Source: Eledone cirrhosa (taxonomy: Eukaryota). From it: a stretch of 64,000 nucleotides of DNA. The notes below the pieces were generated by a model. It saw only the letters and a list, made by a program, of their open reading frames with translations, was not told the origin of the DNA and ran no database searches. The translations under genes and the position numbers were made by a program. Positions 1-14,133 of the stretch are shown one piece after another. The stretch spans positions 21,452,001 through 21,516,000 of the forward strand of contig OZ024742.1 of assembly GCA_964016885.1 (NCBI GenBank), read 5' to 3'. The number at the start of each line of letters is the position of its first letter. Within the stretch, counting starts at the first letter, position 1.

Positions 1-418
1 CTGTATCCTCTCCCAATTGCCACTACCAATATCACTCTCCACCATCACTCTGTTAACCCTGTCTTAATTAACCCTCATCAATTGAATCCAACTTTCCTAC
101 TTACCGTATTTATACTTATTTATACTCTACCTACTATTGTAACGTTAGTTCTTGTTCGATGAGCTTGTGGTAAACAGGTGAAACTCAAAACTAACAAAAC
201 TCAATACACATTAACCTTAAAAAATGAATTTTTAACAGATTTTAAATCTCATTTCCTATTTTTTATCCATCACATCTCTGTCTGATGACCAATCCAGACA
301 TATATTAATATTGTCAGTGATCCAGAAACATTTGGTAATGGAGCAGTTATATTTTGTGTTGATCACTTTCTAATTATATATATATATAATATATATACAC
401 ACACACTTCCTAGTTATC

Positions 419-477
<59 letters not shown>

Positions 478-481
<4 letters not shown>

Positions 482-1152
482 ATACAATAACAGAGATAGT
501 TTAAAGCTAAACTCTGACTGGTAACCATCTCACTCAACAAACATTAGGTTATATGTTAGTATAAACCCAATTTAAGTGTTTGTTATGCTAACTATATGTA
601 TTTTGTGGAAAGCCAGTTGTATTATTTTATGAGATATAATTAAAGTTAAAATATATCTCTCTTTCCAAACAATTGTTTCATTATAAGTTTTCTACAAATT
701 AGGAGATTGTTTCCAATTTATGTAGAAACCTAACATATATTCATGTAAGAATATATTTAGGTGGGAGCTTATAAATCATCAGTGGAAGCCCATTAAACTT
801 TGATATAAGAACAAATTCTTACCGCAGTCAAAAATCGTGTCTGCTAAGCTGCTCCCTCACGCATCGAATGACCGCCAAATTTGAAATTTCAGCAGTTTTT
901 GACTGAGGAAGTATTATAGCGTCACGAAGCGGGAAGGGGAGACAACCAATACACGAGAAAAGAAAAAATAATATTCACGCGGGTTAATTATTTTTTTCAA
1001 AAACATTATCAATCCAACGTGTTAAGAACTTAATTGAAGTTAAAAAAATAAATGCATGCGTGTATTAATTACACACGCATATAGATATTTTCTTAGGCTA
1101 AAAACAGAAGTCGTACCTGAATAACAAACCACATCTCATTGGAAGTGTGTAA
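478..1152 (-). mobile_element. Non-coding repeat between (TA)n tracts, probably a Penelope-like pLTR derivative; partial second copy at ~52950-53180
   Basis: 478-700 is nearly identical to 52950-53175. It begins with AATACAATAACAG, a terminal motif shared with other PLE-like ends here. The minus strand has GAAACAATTGTT, resembling a hammerhead stem III remnant. Confidence 0.5.
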
Positions 1153-1177
<25 letters not shown>

Positions 1178-1184
<7 letters not shown>

Positions 1185-1603
1185 AGATCAAAAGATGGTT
1201 AAAGGAGTTCCATGTATTTTATTATGCGCATTTCAAAAACAAACATCATCATGCAATAATATTTGTGTTTTCATCAGATAAAAAAGGAGAACATGATCTG
1301 AAGGCTAAAAATCACTTGTGGATAGTGCAGTTTTAAATCAACATATATATGTTGATTTAAAACTGCACTATCCACAAGTGTTTTTTAGCCTTCATATCAT
1401 GTTCTCCTGTTTTATCTGATGAAAACACAAATATTATTGCATGATGATGTTTGTTTTTGAAATGCGCATAATAAAATACATGGAACTCCTTTAACCATCT
1501 TCTGATCTTATATTATGTATACTCCAGTCCTACAAACTGTAGAGTGCTTCTTATCCGATATCTGCATTGCTTTATTGTACTACAATAAATCTCACCTCCT
1601 ACA
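1178..1603. mobile_element. Palindromic (arms ~165 bp) plus tail insertion in (TA)n, with a hammerhead in each arm
   Basis: 1178-1340 is the reverse complement of 1352-1515, centred on ACATATATATGT. A unique tail runs 1516-1603. Confidence 0.8.
1408..1478 (+). ncRNA. Type I hammerhead ribozyme (minimal, palindromic stem III); mirror copy on minus strand ~1215-1283
   Basis: Stem I TGTTTTAT/ATAAAATA, core CTGATGA 1416-1422, long imperfect stem II, GAAA 1459-1462, stem III ATGCGCAT, cleavage triplet AUA. Confidence 0.75.
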
Positions 1604-1687
1604 TATATATATATATATATATATATGTGTATATATATATTTACACACTTCCAAGTTTTCTTTAATATATATATATATATATATATA

Positions 1688-2917
<1,230 letters not shown>

Positions 2918-3601
2918 GAAAACTAGGAAGTGTGTGTGTGTATATATATATAGTATATATATATATATATGGTTAGGGTTTAAAATCTGTGAAATCATTA
3001 GTCTCTGATATGAGGATATCAAGATCGATGAGTGAGAAATTTAACAACAAAAGTTCATTAAGTAAACTGTCTACGACTATCTAAGAAGACAACCCGAATG
3101 AACAACCCAACTAAAACATATTTCTGTAAATCATTGTCTTACCGCATGAATAGTTGTTTATTCTTATTTCTGTCGTGAAACTCAATTTATAGAATTCCAC
3201 ATTATCCAAATATTAAAGAAAACGACCAGATTATACCACAAACATTCAATTGTCCATATCTTGTGTATATTTAACTAAAAAATATTTATAGGTCCACTCT
3301 TCATACTAGGGATACAATGATTAAAAATATATTCGATGTACTGAAAAACATTCAAAAAGGATACAAATCTCAGTATTGGCATTATTTCTTTTCCATTATA
3401 TTATCCGATGGATATAAATTTTTATCTGGAAATGCAAACCAAAATAATCCACTTGCAGAATTGTTCAGTATGCTTGTCGCCATTGATGGATTGTAGTTTC
3501 TGTGTGAAATGTTCGGCAGTGTTGTTATTGACGGAATTCTAATCTCCCAAACATATTGATCTTCCAAACACCATATTTTCTTATTACCGTTTTATTAGTT
3601 T

Positions 3602-3698
<97 letters not shown>

Positions 3699-4077
3699 GG
3701 TAAGTTAATTTAAAAGTAGATGTAAGCAGTGCGATTGTTTGGAAGGTAAATAGAATAACAATACTAACTGGATCATTCAGTATGGTTTAGATGAATATAA
3801 AAAAATGTAAGGAATAAAATATTTGGAAAATAGTGTATACACAGTATAAAATAGGCCATATCTTACGTTAGTTACTTCAATTTGCAGCACACCGAACTCA
3901 TACCCTGTACAATCATCGAGTAAAATAACAGAACACAACATACTATATCCATTACTACTAAAACTTAACAATGAACATGCAGCACCTGTACAAAATCACA
4001 ACATGACGAAATAATTTATATTGTATACTCAGAAGAAGTAAATTATATAACAACATTACATAGTAATATATATTTTA

Positions 4078-4205
4078 GTTGTTGTTATTTTGATTGTAGT
4101 ACTTGTTGTCGCTGTTTTGATTGTAGTACTTGTCGTTGTTGTTGTTTTGATTGTAGTACTTGTTGTTGTTGTGTTGTTGTTGTTGTTGTTGTTGTTGTTC
4201 TTCTT

Positions 4206-4295
<90 letters not shown>

Positions 4296-4307
4296 GTTAT
4301 TGCTATT
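4078..4307. repeat. Compound repeat: 3 copies of a TTGATTGTAGTACTTG unit, then (GTT)n, (CTT)n, (ATT)n
   Basis: Seen directly. It abuts the 3' end of the R4/Dong copy. Confidence 0.95.
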
Positions 4308-7140
4308 CCTTGAATCTCAGTCATTGATGTTGGTTAACTGGAAAGTCCGTTGGATTGAATATCAAGCCACTACCTGCAGCCTCAGATATTCAGGACGTAT
4401 CGGAGGGTTCTTGCTGTTCCAAGCAAGCATGCCTTTTGAAGCGTTCCAAAAAGCGTGAAGGGGCCGATTTTCTTTAACCATCCCTGGAAACCTTTGGAGA
4501 TAGTCCCCAGTGCGCCTATGACAATCGGGATCACTTTGACTTCATGGCAGTTCCAAATCCTTTTCACCTCCCACTTTAGGTCCTGGTATCGGTTAATTTT
4601 CTCCCTCTCCTTCTCTTGCACTCTCGTGTCGAACGGGCAGGCCACATCCACAATCAGGCACGATCTTTTTTCTTTGTCCATAACCACCAGGTCAGGTCTA
4701 TTGTGTTCCAGTTTTTTGTCCGTCTGTATCCTAAAATCCCACAGCACCTTCACCTGACTGTTCTCCATCACCGCCTCTGGCCTATGCTCATACCATTTCT
4801 CAGAATGTGGTAGATTGTTTACTTTGCACAGGTGCCAGTGGATCACCCTGCCCATCACATCGTGTCTCCAGCCCTTATAGTGGGTCTGGGCTAGGTGTCT
4901 ACACTCGGACACAATGTGAGCCACAGTCTCCTCTCTCTCTCCACAGATCCTGCACAGTGGGCTAGCCTCCTCCTTGTAGATATGGTGCTTCAACCACTTC
5001 GTTTTGAGGGCCTGCTCCTGCGCAGCCATTAGCATTAATTCTGTAGCCTTTTTGAGGTCTCCTCTTCTCAACCAGTTCCATGTCTGTGGATCTCTAAATT
5101 CAGTTTTCTCAAAGAAGGTACTATGAAGGGATTTTCCCTTAAGGCTGCTCTTCCTCCTTGATGTTATTTCCTCCTTGGACATCCCCTGGCCTACTGTCCC
5201 CTCCTTCAGTACAGTTCTGAACATTGGCTCCTTACTATAGGTCACGTATTTGTATAGGTTGTTTTTCTCCATCTGAACACAGTCCTCTATGCTGATAAGA
5301 CCTCTTCCACCCTCAGATCTCCTTAGGTAGAGTCTATCGACATCACTCCTCTTGTGGAACATGTTGTAGATAGTCAATAGCTTCCTAGTCTTCCTATCCA
5401 TTTCTTTTTGTTCAGCAACATTCCATCTCAGAATTCTCGCACTGTACCTAATAATAGACACAGCTCGGGAATTTACTGCGCTTATGGCATTTCTGCTGTT
5501 CAGATGTGACTTCAATACGCTCCTTACTCTCCGAATGTATTCAGTTCTTAACAATTCCTTCATTTTTTTGTTCTTTATGCCATCAGCCTCCAGAACGCCC
5601 AAATACTTGTATCCTTCCTCAGAGTCAATTTCCTTTATCATCTCACCTGTTGGTATCTGGATCCCGTTACTTCTGCTCAACCTACCCCTCTTCATCACAA
5701 TGACTCCACATTTACCAATACCAAACTGCATACATATATCACTGCTGAAAATACGGACAGTGTCAACAAGCACATCCAACTCCTTCTCACTTTTCCCGAA
5801 GAGCTTAAGATCGTCCATGAAGAGGAGGTGATTGATGGTAAGCTCTCCCCTTCCCAACTTGTATCCTGCTCTCACTTTTCGCAGCATAATGGTCAAGGGC
5901 ATCAGGGCAAGGACAAACAACAGAGGGGACAGGCTATCTCCCTGGAAGATACCTCTCTTGATCTTCACGCTTCCCAAGGATACTCCAGTTGATGTCAACT
6001 CTGTCTCCCAGGACCCCATACTCCTGCCCAGCAACTGTCTGATGTTATCTGCCACCCTGAAGACCTCCAGGCTTTTGGTGATCCAGGAATGAGGCACCAT
6101 GTCAAATGCCTTTCTGTAGTCTATCCATCCCATGGCAAGATCAGTGTGTCTCCTCCTGCAATTCCCCATTACCATCTTATCAATAAGCAACTGGTCCTTT
6201 GTACCACGTGACTTCTTTCGGCATCCTTTCTGTTCGTCCGTTAACAAGTTGTTTGTGTGGAGGTGATGGTAGATTTCCTCAGACACAATGCGCGTCAACA
6301 GTTTCCACATTACGGGCAGACATGTGATAGGTCTATAGTTGGTAACATCATTACCCTTGATTCGGTCTTTCATTATCAGAACTGTGGTACCTTTTGTCAA
6401 CCACTCTGGCACCTCACCCGACACCAAGCAGTCATTGAACATGGCCGTCAGCTTCGGGTGGAGGGATGTTAAATGTTTAATCCAATACCCCTGCACACCA
6501 TCTGGGCCTGGTGATTTCCAGTTGGTTAGTTTTTTGGCTTGCCCCTTAAGAGTTTCAACTGTGATACTCAAATCAGTCTGTTGTTGTGCCTTCTCACCGA
6601 TCTCCCTCTGTACTGTCTCAATCCACCCTGCCTGGGCATTGTGTCTAACATCCTGCTCCCATATTCCTCTCCAGAATGTTTTAGCTTGTTCCGCCCCAGG
6701 GATCAAGTCGTTGCCTCTTTCTTTCCCCTCAAGCTGTCCAAACAGCATCTTCTGGTTGTTGTCGAACATGCGGTTCTGTTTATACTGACTGACTCTGTTC
6801 TCGTATCGCCTGATTTTGGCACTCTTTGCTACAATGCGTTGCTTCAATTCCTCTATGATAATATTTAGCTTTTTACTCCTAGTTTTGTATTTTATTTCCA
6901 GTCTATTTTTAGTGCCTATGTTTTTTAGTGTCCCATTCAGTAGTGACTCAAGCTTTCCTATGTCATTTCTCATTTCCCCGATTTGCCCACTCAGTCGCTT
7001 CTTCCACCACGGCTCTGCTCTTTCTTGTCTGTTGTTTCCTCTCGCTTTTATACCAAGTAGTTTCCTCACCGTATTTGCTGTTGCTTTGAGGATATTGTTG
7101 CACTGGTGAAGACTCCTCGCCTCAAGGTATGGGATGACTT
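4308..7140 (-). mobile_element. R4/Dong-type non-LTR retrotransposon, family A, 5'-truncated copy 1
   Basis: RT followed by a C-terminal restriction-like endonuclease, short 3' UTR, and (AAT)n on both sides. Colinear with the copy at 14132-17654. Confidence 0.9.
4382..7069 (-). CDS. Reverse transcriptase + CCHC zinc motif + PD-(D/E)xK restriction-like endonuclease (N-terminus lost)
   Basis: Motifs KSPGPDG, YRPITCL, IDYRKAFD, GIFQGDSLSP, FMDD, CRICGEREETVAHIVSEC, RHD, HNRPD..DVACP..EK. The frame is open for 895 aa. Confidence 0.92.
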   Translation of the reverse strand: MRKLLGIKARGNNRQERAEPWWKKRLSGQIGEMRNDIGKLESLLNGTLKNIGTKNRLEIKYKTRSKKLNIIIEELKQRIVAKSAKIRRYENRVSQYKQNRMFDNNQKMLFGQLEGKERGNDLIPGAEQAKTFWRGIWEQDVRHNAQAGWIETVQREIGEKAQQQTDLSITVETLKGQAKKLTNWKSPGPDGVQGYWIKHLTSLHPKLTAMFNDCLVSGEVPEWLTKGTTVLIMKDRIKGNDVTNYRPITCLPVMWKLLTRIVSEEIYHHLHTNNLLTDEQKGCRKKSRGTKDQLLIDKMVMGNCRRRHTDLAMGWIDYRKAFDMVPHSWITKSLEVFRVADNIRQLLGRSMGSWETELTSTGVSLGSVKIKRGIFQGDSLSPLLFVLALMPLTIMLRKVRAGYKLGRGELTINHLLFMDDLKLFGKSEKELDVLVDTVRIFSSDICMQFGIGKCGVIVMKRGRLSRSNGIQIPTGEMIKEIDSEEGYKYLGVLEADGIKNKKMKELLRTEYIRRVRSVLKSHLNSRNAISAVNSRAVSIIRYSARILRWNVAEQKEMDRKTRKLLTIYNMFHKRSDVDRLYLRRSEGGRGLISIEDCVQMEKNNLYKYVTYSKEPMFRTVLKEGTVGQGMSKEEITSRRKSSLKGKSLHSTFFEKTEFRDPQTWNWLRRGDLKKATELMLMAAQEQALKTKWLKHHIYKEEASPLCRICGEREETVAHIVSECRHLAQTHYKGWRHDVMGRVIHWHLCKVNNLPHSEKWYEHRPEAVMENSQVKVLWDFRIQTDKKLEHNRPDLVVMDKEKRSCLIVDVACPFDTRVQEKEREKINRYQDLKWEVKRIWNCHEVKVIPIVIGALGTISKGFQGWLKKIGPFTLFGTLQKACLLGTARTLRYVLNI

Positions 7141-7176
7141 ATTATTATTATTATTATTATTATTGTTATTGTTATT

Positions 7177-8104
7177 CCTTGAATCTCAGTCATTGATGTT
7201 GGTTAACTGGAAAGTCCGTTGGATTGAATATCAAGCCACTACCTGCAGCCTCAGATATTCAGGACGTATCGGAGGGTTCTTGCCGTTCCAAGCAAGCATG
7301 CCTTTTGAAGCGTTCCAAAAAGCGTGAAGGGGCCGATTTTCTTTAACCATCCCTGGAAACCTTTGGAGATAGTCCCCAGTGCGCCTATGACAATCGGGAT
7401 CACTTTGACTTCATGGCAGTTCCAAATCCTTTTCACCTCCCACTTTAGGTCCTGGTATCGGTTAATTTTCTCCCTCTCCTTCTCTTGCACTCTCGTGTCG
7501 AACGGGCAGGCCACATCCACAATCAGGCACGATCTTTTTTCTTTGTCCACAACCACCAGGTCAGGTCTATTGTGTTCCAGTTTTTTGTCCGTCTGTATCC
7601 TAAAATCCCACAGCACCTTCACCTGACTGTTCTCCATCACCGCCTCTGGCCTATGCTCATACCATTTCTCAGAATGTGGTAGATTGTTTACTTTGCACAG
7701 GTGCCAGTGGATCACCCTGCCCATCACATCGTGTCTCCAGCCCTTATAGTGGGTCTGGGCTAGGTGTTTACACTCGGACACAATGTGAGCCACAGTCTCC
7801 TCTCTCTCTCCACAGATCCTGCACAGTGGGCTAGCCTCCTCCTTGTAGATATGGTGCTTCAACCACTTCGTTTTGAGGGCCTGCTCCTGCGCAGCCATTA
7901 GCATTCCTTCTGTAGCCTTTTTGAGGTCTCCTCTTCTCAACCAGTTCCATGTCTGTGGATCTCTAAATTCAGTTTTCTCAAAGAAGGTACTATGAAGGGA
8001 TTTTCCCTTAAGGCTGCTCTTCCTCCTTGATGTTATTTCCTCCTTGGGTATCCCCTGGCCTACTGTCCCCTCCTTCAGTACAGCTCTGAGCATTGGCTCC
8101 TTAC

Positions 8105-8106
<2 letters not shown>
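7177..8106 (-). mobile_element. R4/Dong family A, heavily 5'-truncated copy 2 (endonuclease end only)
   Basis: Nearly identical to 4308-5237. ORF 7251-8093. (AAT)n on both sides. Confidence 0.92.
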
Positions 8107-8168
<62 letters not shown>

Positions 8169-8510
8169 GGCGACCTACGTAGTAAATCGTATCATCGTGA
8201 GCTCCGCAAAGGTTTGTTATTTCCGTTTGTTAAAAATTGCCATTTATGGAAAATTTTATTGTTAACTGTTTATAAGCACACATACATTGTTTTCCGAAAA
8301 GGACACCCAAAAAGATTGGTGCCTTGTGCCCAACATTTTAACTTTTATTATTATCAAAAAATGTCTTTGAAAGAAAATGGCTACTTCACCTCTGCACCAA
8401 GCAGCTGAAAGCCTTCCTCACAAAATAACACCTCACACCGACACCACCATTGTAAATGTTACTACGTTTGCCAACACAAAAAATATATAAGCAGTAGCAA
8501 TACTTTAAAT

Positions 8511-9895
8511 TTGTCTCAGGCTGACATTCATTTCCCGCCATTACCAATGACTGCAGGTGTTAAAGCCTCCACCACGACCACCACCGCGACAACCACCACC
8601 ACCACCACCACCTCGACAACAGAAACAAAAGAAGAAAAAAATAAATTAACTCGTGATGTCGAAATGAAATCAAGCAAAATGGACTGTTCCCCACCAAAGA
8701 CGACTGACGTCACCACAACCACAACTGAAACTAAAATTAATATTAACGATAGCAACAACAACAACAATGACATTATAACCCCCCCCCCCTCAGTTTCGCC
8801 AGAATAGCAAAACAATTCGAAGCATTTACCGTAACTCAGGAAGATTTAGAAAATGTCAAACAAATGGTAAAGAAATATGGGTACAGGGTCAGCCTTAACC
8901 CCCCACCTAATAAAATGGAGCATCGGCGCCTATGCACCATGTCGTATAGAACAATAAATGTAAAATCGCGCCGAGTGGAACGGGCACCCGAGTCCCAAAT
9001 CCAAAAAGCTTTGGGACATGTGTGGGCAAGAAAAACCCACATCAGACGGGGGCAGAAGTATGGAACCGTGGACGTGTTCTTTGAAACACCAGAGGAGGCT
9101 AGAGAACACTCCATGGCCCCATTAAAAGGTGACGACTTCACACTCGTCCCAAGCTATTGTGGCCAGAGACTCGTAAAGATCAGGGTGACCCACGTTCCAC
9201 CGGCCATCGAAATTCCCTGGCTAATAGCGGCCGTCCTCGCCGGCATCGAAGCCAACACGAAAATAATAGCAATAGCAAAAGAAAAGCAGGAAAACTGGTC
9301 CGGATCTGGGATGGAGCTCCTGATCCAAGCGGACCAAAAAAGCATTGAGGAGATCCCAGAGGTAATAGACCTCACTGACGGCAGCCACCTCACGGTAATT
9401 GTCGAGGGCAGAAGACCTAGGTGTGTCGTTTGTGGTGAAGGAACCCACCTAAGGGCTTTCTGCCCTCAGGCTAAAAGGTTGAGGCCACCTCTCCTCCCCA
9501 CCCCAGTGACACAACCATCAACACCACCAGTAGCAGAGATGGCAGCAACAACTGTAGCCACAACAACAGTAGCAGCAACAACAGAAGCAACTATAACAGC
9601 AACAACCCCAGCAACAGTAGCAAAACCAACACCACCACCACCACCAGCAAAACCAACACCACCACCACCCAACGCTTCAGAACTAGCACCAGCGCCTACA
9701 CCATCCACCACGCCACAACCAAAACTAACGGCTGTGGAGGATTTTCCACTCCCCGGCCTATCACAACTGGAGACAGATTGTGACGACGAGGAGTGGGAAA
9801 CGATATCCAGAAAAAAAAAAAAAGAAACCAAAAAAGAAAAAATTCTCTTCCTTCCCCCTCCAAAAACAAAATACAGAGGGAAACAAATAAATTAA
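8511..9895 (+). pseudogene. Tx1-like ORF1 (gag-like CCHC knuckle, Pro/Thr-rich tail), frameshifted near homopolymer runs
   Basis: ORFs 8511-8807 and 8864-9895 are in different frames around the poly-C at ~8780-8789. Knuckle CVVCGEGTHLRAFC. Confidence 0.75.
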
Positions 9896-10413
9896 GAAAC
9901 AAAAAAGTTAGGACAGATATGCCACCATCCACACCAGCATCACCAACCCCATCAACCCAAACACCAACACCATCACCATCATTAACCCCAACACCACCAT
10001 CACCTCACCACAAAAGTCACCAAAATGCGAAACAGAAACAAACCCACAACAAACGCAAACAAAACAAAACAACCAAAACGATACACACTACACAGCATTA
10101 AATTTGAACAACAAGCAATTATTACACTACATCCAACACAACACCAGCATCACAGATAAAGACTACACAACAACCCCAAAATTCACACCACCTCCACACA
10201 TACAAATCACTCGCATCACACAGAAAACGTACATGACACTAAAACAAAAATTCCCCAAAGACATCGGAGACTTCCGACAAGCACTCTCCAGGAGGATTTA
10301 TAAGGACATCCTTCCTGAGGAGGCCACAAGCAGTGAAAAGGATGGAAAAACCGTCCTTCCCCTACGAGAAGTAAGGTAAGTGGTCTTTCCCATCTTTCCC
10401 ACTCCTTTTCAAC

Positions 10414-13400
10414 ATGACCTCACTCAGAATAGGCAGCATAAATGCGCGTGGCTTGGGGTCGTCATGGAAGCAGGGCCACCTGCTCAACGACCTCAGGTCA
10501 CTAAACATAGATGTAGTGGCCATCAGCGAGACCAGAATCTCCGAAGCACAGGCTTTCGCACTGATCTTCGGCGGCTACGATGTGTACGCATCTCCCAGCC
10601 GTCCGGGATCGGGTGGAGGAGTTGCTGTGCTTTTTCGGAGAGGTTTGGATCTTGCCATACGGGCCATCTTCCTGGACCCAGAAGGTAAGTTGGTGGTGCT
10701 GGACGTGACCAGCGGAGACGGGCAAGCTTTCAGGTTAGTGGCCGTCTATGCCCCGACAGGAGCAGGGCGGCCTGATTTCTTCCGGCGTCTGGAGACCTTT
10801 CTTGGAACGTCCCGCTCTTTAGTGTTAGTGGGCGACTGGAACGGGATCTTAGATGCACGCTGGGATTGTGTGGGATTAGTGGATAGGGAAGGAGGGTGCA
10901 AGAGTCTCACCAACCTGCTCAGACGTTTTGAACTGTCTGACAGGTACCGAATGGATTTCCCGAATGTACCAATGTGGACTTGGACAAATCGCATAGGGTC
11001 ATCCAGATCATATCTAGATAGAGTATTTTGTAGGGAAATAGATAGGTCTAGCATAGGCTGTCCACAATTCAAGATAGTCAGCTACACGGACCACAAATTC
11101 GTGATCTGTGTGCTTGACTTAGATAGGCTTCATAGACAAGGACCCGGCTACTGGAAGCTAAACGCGTCCTTACCAGCGCCCAAGGCCTACAGAGACCGGA
11201 TTAGCGAACTAGTTAAGCGGGCGTTGACGGGGGCCATCGTCAACAATAAGTAGTGGTTTGCTCTGAAAAGAGCAATTAGAATAGAGTCCATTAGGTTTAG
11301 TAAGACTTTAGCAATAGAGAAAAATAGAGCAGAGGGAGAATTAGTTAGAAAATTAGATGAGGCGCTTAGCAAAGGCATCGCGACCGACGTACTTGCGGCG
11401 AAATTGGCCCTTGACCAATTCTTCAATGCAAAGCATGAAGGCTGCGTTGTCAGAGCTAGGGTGCGTGCTCTCAGACACGAGGGGACGAAAGCCGTTCAAT
11501 GGGCCCAAGTGGCGGAGGCGCGTCGTGGCAACAAAGCCACGATCCGGTCTTTGGTGGACCACGACGGGCGCATGCTACTCGATCCCGGGCAAATGTGTGA
11601 AGCTTTTCAGCGACACTTCGCTCAAATGTTCGGGGGCAGTGGCGGGCCGGATCGAGGGATGGACTTTAGTGTCAACCTCGACGGACTGCCGCGGCTTTCG
11701 GCCACTGAGGCGGAGTGTTGCGAAAAGCCGATAACAACCGCTGAAGTACGGGATGCAATGACTAGTTGCACAAGGGGTAAATCACCTGGTTTGGATGGTC
11801 TGCCCTATGAACTTTACGTACAAATGCCAAACTTGTTCGGAGGCCTCTTGGCGGACGTCTACTGCAACTGGCAACAGAACGGGAGAATTCCCAGCTCTGT
11901 GAGCCGAGGAGCGGTGGCGCTGCTGAGAAAGGATCCGAACAAGGGGGATAACATAGATAATTTTAGGCCCATAACTCTGCTAAACACAGAGTTCAAGATT
12001 TTGGCCAAGGTGCTAGCAAAGAGGTTGGCGCTTGTCGTTGGTCGTCTGGTGGGAGAGGCACAGACATGCGCCATTCCCGACAGATCCATCCACGACAACC
12101 TCCACCTCATGCGATACATCGTAGAGAGGGTAGCTAGGGAATCTGGCACGGGTGGGTCTTTGATCAATTTAGATCAGTCGAAAGCCTTCGATAGGGTCGA
12201 CCATCGTTACCTAGAGGCAGTCCTGAGGGCGGCTGGCTTTGGGCCCGTCTTCAGAGGCTGGATCGCTGCCATGCACAGCAACATCTGCTCTGTAGTGAGA
12301 GTGAACGGTCACCTGTCGGAACCGTTCAACATCATGCGCTCGGTCCGCCAAGGATGTCCCCTCTCGTCCCTATTGTACGTATTGACTCTCGAGCCATTAC
12401 TGCACAAACTCGAGACGTTGAGGGGGATCCCGCGCGAACTAGGATGCGGAAGATCCGTGTCAGCATATGCCGACGATGTCACCGTAGTGGTGTCGAACGC
12501 CAAACACATCGAGGCGATCGGCACTACACTAAGAGAATACGAAGCGGTGACAGGAGCAATGATCAACCAGGAAAAGTCAGTTGGCCTGCAGCTCGGCACC
12601 TGGAGAGGCAGGTCCATGCCGTCCAACAGCGTCGTCGGGCGCTGGACAGACGGACCGATTAAATTGCTAGGGGTCTGGTTCGGTCCAGACCTCCAGACAG
12701 ACAAAAACTGGGACGAGGTGACGAGCAGGGTGGCTTCTCTCACCCAGAAATGGGCCGAGAGGAAGCTATCCCAGAAAGGTCGAGCGGAGGTGGCTAACGC
12801 GTACATCGCGTTCGTCATCTACTACCGCCTGACCGTCGTACCTTGTCCTAAGCCAATCCTGACTGCGTTGGAGCGTTTGCTCTTTCGCTTCTTGTGGAAG
12901 GGACGCGCTCCGATGGTCAGGCGGTCCATCTGCTGTCAACACCCGCTACGTGGAGGGCTGGGCATGCCGTGGCTGATGATGCGCAGACACGCGCTCAGGC
13001 TACGACATCTCCACCTCTTCCTCGACGGTGATCAGGTGTGGTCCCCGTTTGCTAGACACGTTTTTCCCCAGCTCGTATCCTTGACGGAGCTGCAGTCCTG
13101 GGTCAAGCGAAGACTGAGAGGGAGCGCTTGGAGACTGGAATGTCTTCAGGCGCTCACAACCCTCGACCAATCGGGCAATGTGATCGGTGGAAACTCCACC
13201 TTGGCGTTCTATAGGGGATTAGTGGAGGGGAAGAGCGACGACGTACTGGGAGAAACTCTAGGCGTCGACGAAAATCAACTAGCCAATCTCTTCGGAAGGA
13301 CTTTCGGGCCGGGGCCTATGGACAACTTCCAGAAATCCCTGGCCTGGCAGTGCTACCGAGGAGCTTTGCCAGTTCGGGATAAACTCTACAGGCATGGAGG

Positions 13401-13833
13401 TGCCGTCACCCGGGCATGTCCGAGATGCGCGCAGGGCGACGAAACCGTCCTGCACGCACTCGTCCAGTGTCCGAGCATTGCTGACTTGTGGGTTTATGTC
13501 GAACACCTGCTGTCAAGTCTAGGACGGATCCGGCTATCAGCTGAGTCCATCGTGAGGATTGCCCCGCCCACTTCCTTTAGCCGGGAAGGACAGGCAGTTT
13601 TTATCTGTCTGGTGGCCATGGCGAAAGAGATAGTATGGTGGACACGTTTGAAAGGGTTGAAGACGAGCACTTACCTCTTCGGTGATGCCCTGATTAACTT
13701 TTTCAAATTTCATTTGAAAAGGAAAATCAGTGTAGAGAGGGAAATGCTCTCTTCCCAGCATTTTGTTGAAAGATGGGTGAGAGAAGCAAGTATGGCCCGA
13801 ATGAATGGGCCTTCTCTGAGTATGTGTCTGTAA
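10414..13833 (+). pseudogene. Tx1-like ORF2: APE endonuclease + RT + C-terminal Cys motif, with one in-frame TAG at 11251-11253
   Basis: SINARGL, SET, VYAP, GDWN, YLDR, TDH; KSPGLDG, FRPITLLN, DQSKAFD, RQGCPLS, YADD; CPRC..ETVLHALVQC. ORFs 10414-11253 and 11404-13833 share a frame. Confidence 0.9.
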
Positions 13834-14081
13834 ATTAAAGGTGGAAAACTGGGAGAGGGCACTTGCCCTGGTGGTCAGGGCCACTGTGGTCTTTTAATGG
13901 GCTTTCTCCACAAATGTCCCTCGGAAGTCTCCCCCCTATTGGGGAATTTTTCTTTGTTATTTTATTTCAACCTCCGTTTTTTTTACACGCAGAAATGCCC
14001 ATTTGTACCGTCCTGTATTGTCCTGTACTGTCCTTAATGTCTACTTTATGTAAACCCTTGTGGTTAATAAAGAAAACAAAA

Positions 14082-14131
<50 letters not shown>

Positions 14132-14133
<2 letters not shown>

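Larger units (their letters stand above)
8169..14082 (+). mobile_element. Apparently full-length Tx1/L1-clade LINE inserted in (ATT)n
   Basis: 5' UTR, ORF1 with zinc knuckle, ORF2 APE-RT-Cys motif, AATAAA at 14066 and a short A-rich tail. (ATT)n at 8104-8168 and 14083-14131. Confidence 0.88.

Noticed and set aside
140-345. Two hammerhead-like remnants (CGATGAG..GAAAC at ~158-185; CTGATGA at 282), and similar ones at ~31035-31095 and ~54055-54105
   Set aside because: The core or stems are too degenerate to call as ribozymes; they are probably old PLE debris.
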